64,000 bases of DNA, from NCBI GenBank assembly GCA_963664195.1, contig OY760907.1:1088001-1152000 (forward strand). The letters run 5' to 3'. This document shows positions 9,252 through 18,525 of the stretch, piece by piece; the stretch's first letter is position 1; every line of letters begins with the position of its first letter. The stretch is from an uncultured candidate division Zixibacteria bacterium (GTDB lineage: Bacteria > Zixibacteria > MSB-5A5 > GN15 > FEB-12). Made by a program: the position numbers and the translations under genes. Below the pieces are notes generated by a model that made no database searches, was not told where the DNA came from, and saw nothing but the letters and a program-made list of their open reading frames with translations.

Positions 9252-9950
9252 TCAGGACAGACCCATTGCCTTTGCCATCGACGCCAGGTCCGGGAACTCA
9301 ACGTCAGGCGCGGCCTCGGCACGAGGCGTGGCCCCGTCTCCCTCGAGGTTACGACGGCGGTTGATCCAGGCTGTGGTCAATCCGATAGATTTCGCCGGGA
9401 CATGATCATGGTACAACGACTGCGCGACATGGAGTATCTTCGCTTTCGGCAAACCAATAGCGTCCAGTGCATAGTCGAAGATTTTCAGCGACGGTTTGTA
9501 CGCGCCGGCCTGCTGAGCGGTGATAACAAAGTCAAACTCGACTTTCAACCGCTTGTTGCTAAGAGCAAACAGGTCGTCGTCGACGTTTGATATGATCGCC
9601 AGCTTATACTTCTTCTTCAATGCCTTCAGCGCATGAACCGTATCCTCGAATGGAGGCCAATCGGCCATGGAACGGGCCAGGTGCTCCAACTCCCTTGCGT
9701 TGGGATTGAAACCGGTGGTGGTACCCAGACGATTGACCAGTTTGCGCAGCACCTCGCGGTACGGCTGAAACATCTCCTGCTCCAAACCGCTTTCGAGCTC
9801 GGCGTACAGTTCCAGTACCTGATCGTCGGTGGTGATAACGTCATGATCCGAAAGGATCGGCTGGAGGGCATCGAGAATGCCTTTTTCCCAATCAATCAAC
9901 GTACCGTAGCAATCGAACGTCAGAACTTCAAACGTCTCAAAATCAATCAT
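9252..9950 (-). CDS. Haloacid dehalogenase type II-like HAD hydrolase
   Basis: FDCYGTLIDWE, ISNVD, YKP, HVAQSLYHDHVPA. Confidence 0.9.
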   Translation of the reverse strand: MIDFETFEVLTFDCYGTLIDWEKGILDALQPILSDHDVITTDDQVLELYAELESGLEQEMFQPYREVLRKLVNRLGTTTGFNPNARELEHLARSMADWPPFEDTVHALKALKKKYKLAIISNVDDDLFALSNKRLKVEFDFVITAQQAGAYKPSLKIFDYALDAIGLPKAKILHVAQSLYHDHVPAKSIGLTTAWINRRRNLEGDGATPRAEAAPDVEFPDLASMAKAMGLS

Positions 9951-10013
9951 GATTCGCTCCCGGACACTCCTCACGGTTCATCAGAGCGCGCGCTGTCCCG
10001 ACGGCGCAGATCG

Positions 10014-10829
10014 TCAGGTAGAACTGACGACAAGGTCTATTTCGGTGCCGACATCCAATTCGGTTCCCTCCGATTCCGATTGCTCCAACACAGTTTCGGG
10101 GAGGTAGTTCTCGTCGGCCCGGTAGGATGTCACGCCCACTTTGAGAGACTTGTCTTCGAGCCGCTTGAGGGCTTCATCGAGGGTCAGACCAATTACCTTG
10201 GGCATGAACGTGAAGTTCGAGGCGCGGCCACGGTTGACCATCAGGTTAACGTAGGCCCCTATCGGGATCTCGGTCCCCGACGACGGATACGAGAACACGA
10301 CCACACGCTCCGGTATCGTATCGGAGAACGCCCAGGCGATTTCCCCGAGCGTCAGCCCGACCGTTTCGAGATCGAGCATTGCCTGCCTTACAGATTTTCC
10401 CGCCAGGTCAGGTATAGCGATTTGTTTCTGGCCGAGCGAAACAACGAATTTGATCACCCTCCCCGGTTTGACTTTCGTGCCGGCCTTGGGGAACTGGTCC
10501 AGGATCACGCCGCTCTCGACTCCGGGGGAGTACTGCTCCGAAGACACCTCGTGGGTCAATTCCAACTGCCGGAGTGAAATCTGTGCATCGGCGACACGCT
10601 GTTCGGTGAAGTCCGGCAGCGGGAACGCGCTTCCCTGACGGGTGACGATCGGCATGACAATCTTGTCGGCGATCACCACCAAAACAGCGATCACAATCAA
10701 AGGTATGACAACACCCAGCACGATTTTCCGCTGCATGGAACCGTGGGGCAGCAGTTTTGAGAACGGGCCTCCCTGACGGTGTGGGGGCTGGCTGAGTCTT
10801 GAAGCTCTCGGACGTGACATATCTGACAT
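10014..10829 (-). CDS. Membrane-anchored PASTA-domain protein (three PASTA repeats)
   Basis: N-terminal TM helix; repeats LPDF/IPDL/MPKV...G.V..Q.P..G...VS. Confidence 0.85.
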   Translation of the reverse strand: MSDMSRPRASRLSQPPHRQGGPFSKLLPHGSMQRKIVLGVVIPLIVIAVLVVIADKIVMPIVTRQGSAFPLPDFTEQRVADAQISLRQLELTHEVSSEQYSPGVESGVILDQFPKAGTKVKPGRVIKFVVSLGQKQIAIPDLAGKSVRQAMLDLETVGLTLGEIAWAFSDTIPERVVVFSYPSSGTEIPIGAYVNLMVNRGRASNFTFMPKVIGLTLDEALKRLEDKSLKVGVTSYRADENYLPETVLEQSESEGTELDVGTEIDLVVSST

Positions 10830-10928
10830 TTATACAGTACTCGCTTATAATAGTCTATTCACCGTTTGCAAGGTTCAGGATTGGGCATTGAAAATCAAGT
10901 TTTAATGATTGGTGCTGGCGACCGTTTC

Positions 10929-11290
10929 TTGTGGGCGGATCAACGCCATGAATGGCCGTATTCGAACCCGCTACAAGACACCCTCAAACTTCGAACAGAG
11001 TCGGTTGATCGCATTTTCGTAGAATCGTTTGAGGGTAGCACCCGATGTAGGACAGTGCGTCGTTCCATACGGGCACATGAGCCTTGCTCCCACCCGACGC
11101 TCCGCTCTGGACGGGGTACCGAAGATTGACCCGCCCTACCGTTCCGTTGTACCTGCCTGCGACAACTCTCCTTTCATCGGGCAGACGAGGGCGTCTGCCG
11201 CGCACGGAATGCGGGAAAGAGGACATCACCCCGCTACGGTCTTGTGGGGAAGGTTAACGCCACAAGTGGCAGTCTTCAGACCTGCCGAAC
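10929..11290. repeat. Second cluster of REP-like hairpin modules
   Basis: Begins TTGTGGGCGG like 1010 and 29965. 10974-11046 matches 1254-1327; 11179-11205 is the reverse complement of the 1012 element with one mismatch; 11272-11285 matches the reverse complement of 30068-30081. Confidence 0.8.
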
Positions 11291-11407
11291 GAATAGGATC
11301 CACAGGATTCGATTTGGGAACGGCGGGTTTGCAGACGGCTCGCTGAGCTGGGTTTCGACCTGTTTATGGGACAGCCCCGTGGCGTCCATCGACACAGTTA
11401 GGAACTC

Positions 11408-11436
11408 AAAAAAAGCCCGCCATGAAGGCGGGCTTT
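11408..11436 (-). terminator. Rho-independent terminator after rpmA
   Basis: GCCCGCC-atgaa-GGCGGGC stem with A7 run on + strand. Confidence 0.8.
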
Positions 11437-11461
11437 CTGAAATCATCATTGTACGTAAGCG

Positions 11462-11719
11462 CTATTCAGCAGCGTATACCGATACCTGCTTGCCGACCTT
11501 GCCGACACGCTCAAACGTCACAACACCGTCCATCGTTGCAAACAACGTGCAGTCCTTGCCGATGCCGACATTGTGGCCGGGCTTAATGGGCGTGCCACAC
11601 TGGCGGACGATAATCGAACCGGCAGTTACTGTCTGGCCGCCGTATACTTTGGTTCCTCGTCGCTGACCGTTTGAGTCGCGACCGTTCTTGGAGGAGCCAA
11701 CACCTTTCTTGTGAGCCAT
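11462..11719 (-). CDS. rpmA: 50S ribosomal protein L27
   Basis: [16 protein letters not shown]...GSIIVRQ.GT...NVGIGKD.TLFA. Confidence 0.97.
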   Translation of the reverse strand: MAHKKGVGSSKNGRDSNGQRRGTKVYGGQTVTAGSIIVRQCGTPIKPGHNVGIGKDCTLFATMDGVVTFERVGKVGKQVSVYAAE

Positions 11720-11941
11720 AACAAACCTCTATGCGTAGCGTCTTTTTTTCCAACTAATCGAGCCTGATTCCATAGACCTAAACAGCCTCCGGACAGGCCA
11801 CGGCCGAGAAATATAGTAAATCCGGCGAATTCCGCAAGCGAAAATGTGACCGTTTATCCGCCGGTCCGTTTCCACATGAAAACAGAGCGACCGGACCCCA
11901 AACAGGCCCGGCCGCTTCTCAACTCTAAGACAGATCAGACT

Positions 11942-14407
11942 TTAGCTGATGTGTCCCTCCGGCTGCTCCGCCTGGTGCGGCTCCGTGCCGTTGAACTTGA
12001 AAGTCAGTTTATCGTTTCCGACACCGACCGTCAGATCGCAATCACCGGCATATTGCCCGCGAAGAATCTCCTCGGCCAACGGATCTTCGAGATACCGCTG
12101 GAGGGAGCGCTTCAACGGACGAGCGCCGAACGCCGGATCGAAGCCCTTGTCGGTCAGGAACTCTTTGGCTTCGTCGGTGAGTTTGAAACTTATTCCCTTC
12201 TCCGCCAACTGTTTGGCGAAGTCAAACACGAGTATGTCAATAATCTGTTTGATATGCGTACGCTCAAGGGCACGGAAAATCAGCGTCTCGTCGATACGGT
12301 TCAGCAACTCCGGATTGAAGAGCTTCTTCAGTTCGTCGAGAATCGTCTTCTTGACGCCACCCTCGGACATGGCCGCTACCTTGGCATCGAAACCAACCGT
12401 CTTGTCATCGCGGAGCTGCTTGGTGCCGATATTCGACGTCATAATAATGACCGTGTTCTTGAAATCGACCTTGCGGCCAAACGAATCGGTCAGGGCACCG
12501 TCGTCGAAAAGCTGCAAAAGGATGTTGAACACGTCCGGATGCGCCTTTTCGATTTCGTCGAGCAACACCACCGAGTACGGTTTGCGACGAACCTTCTCTG
12601 TGAGCTGACCACCCTCCTCGAATCCGACATACCCCGGAGGGGCGCCGATGAGACGCGAAACGGCGTGTTTTTCCATGTACTCCGACATGTCGATCCTCAC
12701 CAGAGAATCAGCGTCGTCATCAAACAGGAAGTTCGCCAGTTGGCGGGCCAGTTCCGTCTTACCTACACCGGTCGGGCCGAGGAACATGAAGGTACCAATT
12801 GGGCGACGCGGGTCACCGAGTCCGGCGCGGGCGCGACGGATCGCCTTGGACAGAAAGCCGATAGCTTCGTCCTGGCCAACGATGGCTTTTCTGAGTTCGT
12901 CTTCCATTCTCAACAGGCGTCTGGATTCCTGCTCCTCGATACGGAACAACGGAATTCCGGTGATTTTGGCCAACACGGTGGCTACATCATCGCCGGTGAG
13001 CGTGATTCGCTCCGCTTTGCGCTGTTCTTCCCAGTCATTCTGAAGTTGAGTCAGTTTGTCTTTTTCGGCCTTGATTTCATCGCGAAGCTGCGCGGCAGTT
13101 TCAAACGCCTGGTTCTTAACGGCGTCTTCCTTCTTGCTCTGCAGCTCGGCCAGACGGCCTTCGGTTTCCGCAAACTCCTCGGGACGCGTGTAAGTCGACA
13201 GATGGGCGCGAGACCCGGCCTCGTCGATCAGGTCAATCGCCTTATCCGGCTGATACTTGCCGGATATGTACCGGTTGGACATACGGACCGCAGCCTCGAT
13301 AGCCTCGTCGGAGATAATCAACTGGTGATGCTCCTCGTACTTGGGTCGAAGTCCGGAGAGAATCTTGATCGTATCGGCTTCTGATGGCGGATCAACGTTC
13401 ACCGTCTGGAATCGACGTTCAAGAGCGCCGTCCTTCTCGATATACTTGCGATATTCGTTCAGCGTGGTGGCACCGATGCAGCGAAGCTCGCCGCGGGAAA
13501 GCGCGGGCTTGAAGATATTGGAGGCATCGAGTGACCCCTCGGCACCGCCGGCACCAACGATAGTATGAAGCTCGTCGATGAAAATGACAACGTCGGTGGC
13601 ACTGGTGATCTCGTTCATAACCGCTTTGAGACGTTCCTCGAACTGGCCGCGATACTTGGTACCTGCCACGAGTGAGGCCATGTCGAGCGTCACAACGCGC
13701 TTGTTCTCAAGCGTCTGGGGGACGTTGCCCTCAACCACGCGCTGTGCGAGACCTTCGACGATGGCAGTCTTGCCGACGCCCGGCTCGCCGATCAGCACCG
13801 GATTGTTCTTTTTGCGGCGTGAGAGTACCTGACAGACACGTTCGATTTCGTCCTCGCGCCCGATAATCGGGTCGAGTCTATCGCGACGGGCCATCTCGGT
13901 GAGATCGCGGCCAAAATGATCGAGCGCCGGAGTCTTGGATTTTTTGCGCTTCTTCTTGTACGACGACGGCCGTCCGCTCTGGATGTTCTTCAGTTCCTCG
14001 TAGGCTTCCTTGTAATCGATTTCGTAGGTGGAAAGCACCTGCGCGGCTACGCCTTCTTCGTCCTTGAGCAGAGCCAATAGAATGTGTTCGGTGTCGATAT
14101 CTTTTGACTTCAGGGCACGGGCTTCCTGTCCGGATACCTCCAGCGTCTTCTTGGCGCGGGCCGTAAGCGGCAACTGCCCCATGGTCATCGTGCCGCCGGA
14201 AGGCTGCACGACTTCTTCGATAGACTTCTTGAGATCTTCGAGTTCCAGGCCGAGGTTGGTAACGATGTCCACCGCGTTTCCGTCGCCAAGTCGGATCAGC
14301 CCTAACAGCAGATGCTCGGTACCGATGTAGTCGTGCCTCAAACGCGAGGCCTCGTCGCGGGCAAATTCAATCGCTTTTCTGGCTGCCTCAGTAAACATCT
14401 CATTCAT
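11942..14407 (-). CDS. clpC: ATP-dependent Clp protease ATP-binding subunit ClpC
   Basis: Clp-N repeats ([20 protein letters not shown]), [11 protein letters not shown] motif (FETAAQLRD), [11 protein letters not shown] ClpP-binding loop, GARPL. Confidence 0.97.
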   Translation of the reverse strand: MNEMFTEAARKAIEFARDEASRLRHDYIGTEHLLLGLIRLGDGNAVDIVTNLGLELEDLKKSIEEVVQPSGGTMTMGQLPLTARAKKTLEVSGQEARALKSKDIDTEHILLALLKDEEGVAAQVLSTYEIDYKEAYEELKNIQSGRPSSYKKKRKKSKTPALDHFGRDLTEMARRDRLDPIIGREDEIERVCQVLSRRKKNNPVLIGEPGVGKTAIVEGLAQRVVEGNVPQTLENKRVVTLDMASLVAGTKYRGQFEERLKAVMNEITSATDVVIFIDELHTIVGAGGAEGSLDASNIFKPALSRGELRCIGATTLNEYRKYIEKDGALERRFQTVNVDPPSEADTIKILSGLRPKYEEHHQLIISDEAIEAAVRMSNRYISGKYQPDKAIDLIDEAGSRAHLSTYTRPEEFAETEGRLAELQSKKEDAVKNQAFETAAQLRDEIKAEKDKLTQLQNDWEEQRKAERITLTGDDVATVLAKITGIPLFRIEEQESRRLLRMEDELRKAIVGQDEAIGFLSKAIRRARAGLGDPRRPIGTFMFLGPTGVGKTELARQLANFLFDDDADSLVRIDMSEYMEKHAVSRLIGAPPGYVGFEEGGQLTEKVRRKPYSVVLLDEIEKAHPDVFNILLQLFDDGALTDSFGRKVDFKNTVIIMTSNIGTKQLRDDKTVGFDAKVAAMSEGGVKKTILDELKKLFNPELLNRIDETLIFRALERTHIKQIIDILVFDFAKQLAEKGISFKLTDEAKEFLTDKGFDPAFGARPLKRSLQRYLEDPLAEEILRGQYAGDCDLTVGVGNDKLTFKFNGTEPHQAEQPEGHIS

Positions 14408-14482
14408 TATATACTATCCTTCCGGTTGGTGTCGATCTTAATCGGTACGCTCTTCATGAGTCACAACAAAAAAAACAAACCG

Positions 14483-15547
14483 TTACGGTCCCGTGTTCCG
14501 CAGCTTCTCTCGCACCATTTGCGCCCGCACGAAATCACGACGGTTCGGTTCCATTTCCGCTCCGTAGTATTTCTGCAGGTGCGCCGGTTGCGAAAGCAGC
14601 AGAATTTCATTCACCAGTGAGATATCGAGAAAGTCTATCACTTTCATAGCGTGGCCGAGACGTACGGCGGAGAGGAGATTCATCACTTCCTCCGAACTCA
14701 GCACACGGGCGTGTTTGAGTATGCCAAACGCTCTCCAAATCTTGTCTTCAATCATGTCGGCCGCTTCGTCCATCAATCGCTGACGCGCCTTGGCCTCGTC
14801 CTCGATTATCTCCCGTGTAACCCGCGTGATCTGCCCGAGTATATCGGTCTCTGAAAGGCCGAGTGTGTTCTGGTTGGAAACCTGGAAGAGGTTTCCGAGA
14901 ACGTCGGAGCCTTCGCCGTAGAATCCACGTACAATAAGACCGGCGCGGGTGATACGCGAAATCACTTTGTCAATATCGCGGGTCAGGACCAGACCCGGCA
15001 AATGGATCAGCACCGAAGCCCTCATACCGGTTCCGGCATTGGTCGGGCAGGCGGTCAGGTAGCCAAAGTCCTTGTCATAGTCGTATTCGAGATAATGGCC
15101 GATTTCCGTCTCATACTGCATCGCCAGATCAAACGAAGACTGCGGGTCAAGCCCCGAAGACAATGCCTGAATACGCAGGTGATCTTCCTCGTTGACCATG
15201 ATCGACAGGCGCTCCGCCGGGCCGATCAGCATCGTTTTGGAGATATCCCCGCTTAGAAACGCGGGCGAGATGAGGTGTCGCTCGACTAGAAAGTCGCGAT
15301 CCATTTCCTCGATGTCGGTAGCCTTGTAATACTGGCCTCTGCCCAGCAGGTCCGAGCGCGTCACGACGGAATCGAAGTAATTGACGATTCGCTTCCGGGT
15401 ATCGCTGTCAGCCGAGGTGGGGTATTTGCAGCCTGCCACGTTGCGGGCCAATCGAATTCTGGTAGACAACACCACCAGTGATTCGTCGCCCGTTCCCGAT
15501 AACCAGGCCGCTGTGTTCTTGGCCATTTCCTCAAACATGGTATTCAA
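14483..15547 (-). CDS. mcsB: Protein arginine kinase McsB
   Basis: STRIRLARN, ERHLIS, NEEDHLRIQ, GYLTACPTN.GTG.RAS, QPAHLQ. Confidence 0.95.
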   Translation of the reverse strand: MNTMFEEMAKNTAAWLSGTGDESLVVLSTRIRLARNVAGCKYPTSADSDTRKRIVNYFDSVVTRSDLLGRGQYYKATDIEEMDRDFLVERHLISPAFLSGDISKTMLIGPAERLSIMVNEEDHLRIQALSSGLDPQSSFDLAMQYETEIGHYLEYDYDKDFGYLTACPTNAGTGMRASVLIHLPGLVLTRDIDKVISRITRAGLIVRGFYGEGSDVLGNLFQVSNQNTLGLSETDILGQITRVTREIIEDEAKARQRLMDEAADMIEDKIWRAFGILKHARVLSSEEVMNLLSAVRLGHAMKVIDFLDISLVNEILLLSQPAHLQKYYGAEMEPNRRDFVRAQMVREKLRNTGP

Positions 15548-15611
15548 CTCTTTAGCCTCTCACTCCGAGTTTTGCTAAGTCCACGGTCTTCCCTGTCGTC
15601 GCTTCAGCGCG

Positions 15612-16151
15612 TCAACTGGTCGAGTTTTCGATTTCAAGGTTGTCTTTGACCTCCTTGAGTTTGTCGCGCAATTCGGCGGCACGCTCAAAGTCTTCCGATT
15701 CGATAGCCTTGTGCAATTCTGCTTCCAGCCGCTCTTCTTCCTTGACCGGCAGCGTGACCCGCTCTCCGGTATCGAACTTGGCGATCTCCGGGTTGCGTCC
15801 GCGGTGCAACGAGGCGCCGTGGATTTTGCGCATGATCGTCTCAAGTCTCTGGCGAAACGCCGTGTAGCAATCGCCACAGCCGAAACGTCCCTGACGCGTG
15901 AACTCCTCAAAAGTCAGTCCGCAACCCGGGCATACAAGGTTCGTGGCCGGCTCTTTTTCGCCCGCAGGCGGGGTGCTGTCGGCCAGTCCGGACAGGATCT
16001 CGGCCAGCGGGAACGGCGCGTTGTCCAGCGGGGAATGGAACCCCCGCGCGGCAGCACATTCCTTGCAAAGCGACAGCGTCAGTTTCTCGTTGTTCACGAT
16101 CTGCATCAGGTTGACCTGAGCCTCTCGCTTGTTACAATCCTGGCATAACAT
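15612..16151 (-). CDS. mcsA: McsB activator McsA (CxxC motifs plus UVR domain)
   Basis: CQDC, CKEC, CPGC, GRFGCGDCY, EDFERAAELRD. Confidence 0.95.
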   Translation of the reverse strand: MLCQDCNKREAQVNLMQIVNNEKLTLSLCKECAAARGFHSPLDNAPFPLAEILSGLADSTPPAGEKEPATNLVCPGCGLTFEEFTRQGRFGCGDCYTAFRQRLETIMRKIHGASLHRGRNPEIAKFDTGERVTLPVKEEERLEAELHKAIESEDFERAAELRDKLKEVKDNLEIENSTS

Positions 16152-16166
16152 GTTTATTTCACCTGC

Positions 16167-16859
16167 CTAAAGACACTCGAGTCTTCCATCCACAAGTTTG
16201 AATTCTGCATCGCAACTGTCCGCCAGTTCACGGTTGTGAGTAGCGATCAGGAAGCTGGTTGAATTGTCGGAATTAAGGCGATGGAGAAGGTCATGAAGTC
16301 TGCGACCGGTCCCCGTATCGAGATTGCCGGACGGTTCGTCGGCCAATACGACATCAGGATCGTTGGCCAATGCCCGTGCGACAGCCACCCTTTGCTGCTC
16401 GCCCCCCGACAATTCACAGGGTCTGTGTGTCTTCCTACTGCTTAAACCCACCTGCTCAAGGAGTAGTTCCCCCCGCTCAAGGGCCTCAGAAGACTTGGTA
16501 CCAAGCATAATCATCGGAATCATCACGTTTTCCAGTGCCGAGAAGTCATCGAGCAGATAATGAGATTGGAAAACAAAGCCGACACGTGCCCGCCGAAAAC
16601 GGGCCATATCTGCTTCTGACATGCCGGTGAATGACTGTCGGCCAATCCATATCTCCCCGCTATTGGGCCTGTCCAGGCCTCCTAAAAGGTGCAACAGAGT
16701 GGACTTCCCCACTCCTGAGGCGCCAACAATAGCCGCCATACTACCCCTTCGCAGTCTAAGTGTCACCCCCCTGAGTACCTCGAGACTCCCCTCGGTCGTC
16801 TTGAAACTCCTGTGAATATCAAGTGCCGAAAGAATGTTGTCGCCGGTTTCCGAACTCAT
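16167..16859 (-). CDS. lolD: Lipoprotein-releasing ABC transporter ATP-binding protein
   Basis: GASGVGKST, LSGGEQQRVAVARAL, ADEPSGNLD; adjacent to lolC/E. Confidence 0.85.
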   Translation of the reverse strand: MSSETGDNILSALDIHRSFKTTEGSLEVLRGVTLRLRRGSMAAIVGASGVGKSTLLHLLGGLDRPNSGEIWIGRQSFTGMSEADMARFRRARVGFVFQSHYLLDDFSALENVMIPMIMLGTKSSEALERGELLLEQVGLSSRKTHRPCELSGGEQQRVAVARALANDPDVVLADEPSGNLDTGTGRRLHDLLHRLNSDNSTSFLIATHNRELADSCDAEFKLVDGRLECL

Positions 16860-16949
16860 ATCAGTCGATTTCCTATATCATCCAAGGTACAGTTACTATT
16901 TTCGCCAGTTTTGGCTATTTCATTAGTCAAATGCATGCTTTTCATGGAC

Positions 16950-18176
16950 CTACTGCCGGAGTACCTCGATTACGGAGACGCGCGAGGCCTGCAATGACGG
17001 GAACAGCGCCGCCAGGAAACAGACAACAAACGTCACTAATCCTGCCCCCGCAAAGTCAAGCAGGTGCGCATCAATCGGCAGATAGTCGATGAAATAAATG
17101 TCCGGCGGCAGCGAGACGATTTGCCACCTGTTCTGTGCCCATCCCGCGGCCAGAGCGATAAGCCAACCCGAGGCCACACCTATAAAGGCTATAAGTAACC
17201 CCTTAAGTACGAATATCTTGAGGATGGCTTTCGGCGTGGCCCCCATGGTTTTGAGAATACCGATCTCGGTCCGCTTTTCCATTGTCAACATAACCATCGT
17301 AGACACAATCGAAAAAGCCGCAACCAATACGACGAGGCTGAACCCAATGAACAGAGCCAGTTTCTCAATTGCTATCCACGAAAACAGGTTGCGGTGCATG
17401 ACCGTCCACGGGACAACATCGTAGTGATAACCCAGTGCGGAATCGATCTCCGGAGCGACCGTTTCAGCCAGTTGGATATCTGTAAGCTTCAAATGTACGG
17501 CTGTCACGCCGTCACCGGTCCTGAACAGATCCTGTGCGCTTGTCAATGGGATATACGCCATTTGACCGTCGAATTCATACATGCCGGACTCGAAGATACC
17601 CGAGACGTTGAATCTGGCGACACGGGGACGGACGCTTTTGCGAAGCTCTTCCCCCTGAATTGAATAGAGCACAACCGGGTCGCCTATAAACACACTCAAC
17701 TGACTGGCCAATCCTTCGCCGAGAATGATCCCGGGGATACTGTCGATGGCGTAGCCGGGAGGCTCAAAGGAATACGCGCCTACGCGGATATTGTCGGCGA
17801 GCGATGACGTCTGTTGTTCTTTGTCCAGATTGATGCCGCGGACGATGATACCATCGCCGGCCGACGGCGAAGAAATTGCCGCCTTATAGAAGATAAACGG
17901 TGACGCGGCAACCACTTGGTCTATTTGCTCAAGTGAGTCAACCAATCCCCAATAATCGGAGATATATGTCTCCCGGAGCGGGAATATGGAAATGTGCGCG
18001 GTGGTCCCCAACAGGCGGGACCTGATCTCGGTTTCAAAACCGTTGTGCATCGACATGACAAAACAGACCGTTGCCACACCGAGAGTAACACCGACAATCG
18101 TTATCCACGTAGAAATCGAGGTAAAGAGACGCCCGGAACCGAAGTATCGTCGGGCAATGTACGTTTCAAAACTCAT
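16950..18176 (-). CDS. Lipoprotein-releasing ABC transporter permease LolC/E family
   Basis: IARRY, GF..EIRSRLLG, GIFESGMYEFD, EKRTEIGILKTMGA, YFIDYLP. Confidence 0.88.
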   Translation of the reverse strand: MSFETYIARRYFGSGRLFTSISTWITIVGVTLGVATVCFVMSMHNGFETEIRSRLLGTTAHISIFPLRETYISDYWGLVDSLEQIDQVVAASPFIFYKAAISSPSAGDGIIVRGINLDKEQQTSSLADNIRVGAYSFEPPGYAIDSIPGIILGEGLASQLSVFIGDPVVLYSIQGEELRKSVRPRVARFNVSGIFESGMYEFDGQMAYIPLTSAQDLFRTGDGVTAVHLKLTDIQLAETVAPEIDSALGYHYDVVPWTVMHRNLFSWIAIEKLALFIGFSLVVLVAAFSIVSTMVMLTMEKRTEIGILKTMGATPKAILKIFVLKGLLIAFIGVASGWLIALAAGWAQNRWQIVSLPPDIYFIDYLPIDAHLLDFAGAGLVTFVVCFLAALFPSLQASRVSVIEVLRQ

Positions 18177-18525
18177 AGTTGTCCCATCGGCAAAGCCAGT
18201 CTAATGTGTTAAATCCCAACTAATTATACACTTGCTGCATTTGTCGGCGCAAACTAAAACGGCAGCCGGGACTCATAATCTGAGATCGGACTGATCGGCT
18301 GAACCGATTGGATTCTGCGACTCACGTCATTCCCGGAAGAAGTCCCTTACTCTATGGTGCATCACATAGTATCGCACCAAATCAGACATTCGGTCCTTCA
18401 TTGGATGTCAGTTTCTGCCGACAAAATAGAGCACAGGCTGAGGGCAAGAAGCGCCCGAGTCTGAACGTCAGCAAGCTTCAACAGGCATGTAATGACGAGG
18501 CCGCACGCTTCTGGATAAAGGGGCT

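Noticed and set aside
11846..13384. 512-aa + strand ORF
   Set aside because: Antisense shadow of clpC with no recognisable motifs; typical of GC-rich coding DNA.
16908..16932. TTTGACT/AGCCAAA inverted repeat upstream of lolD as a CtsR box
   Set aside because: CtsR boxes are direct heptad repeats; only one matching heptad is present.
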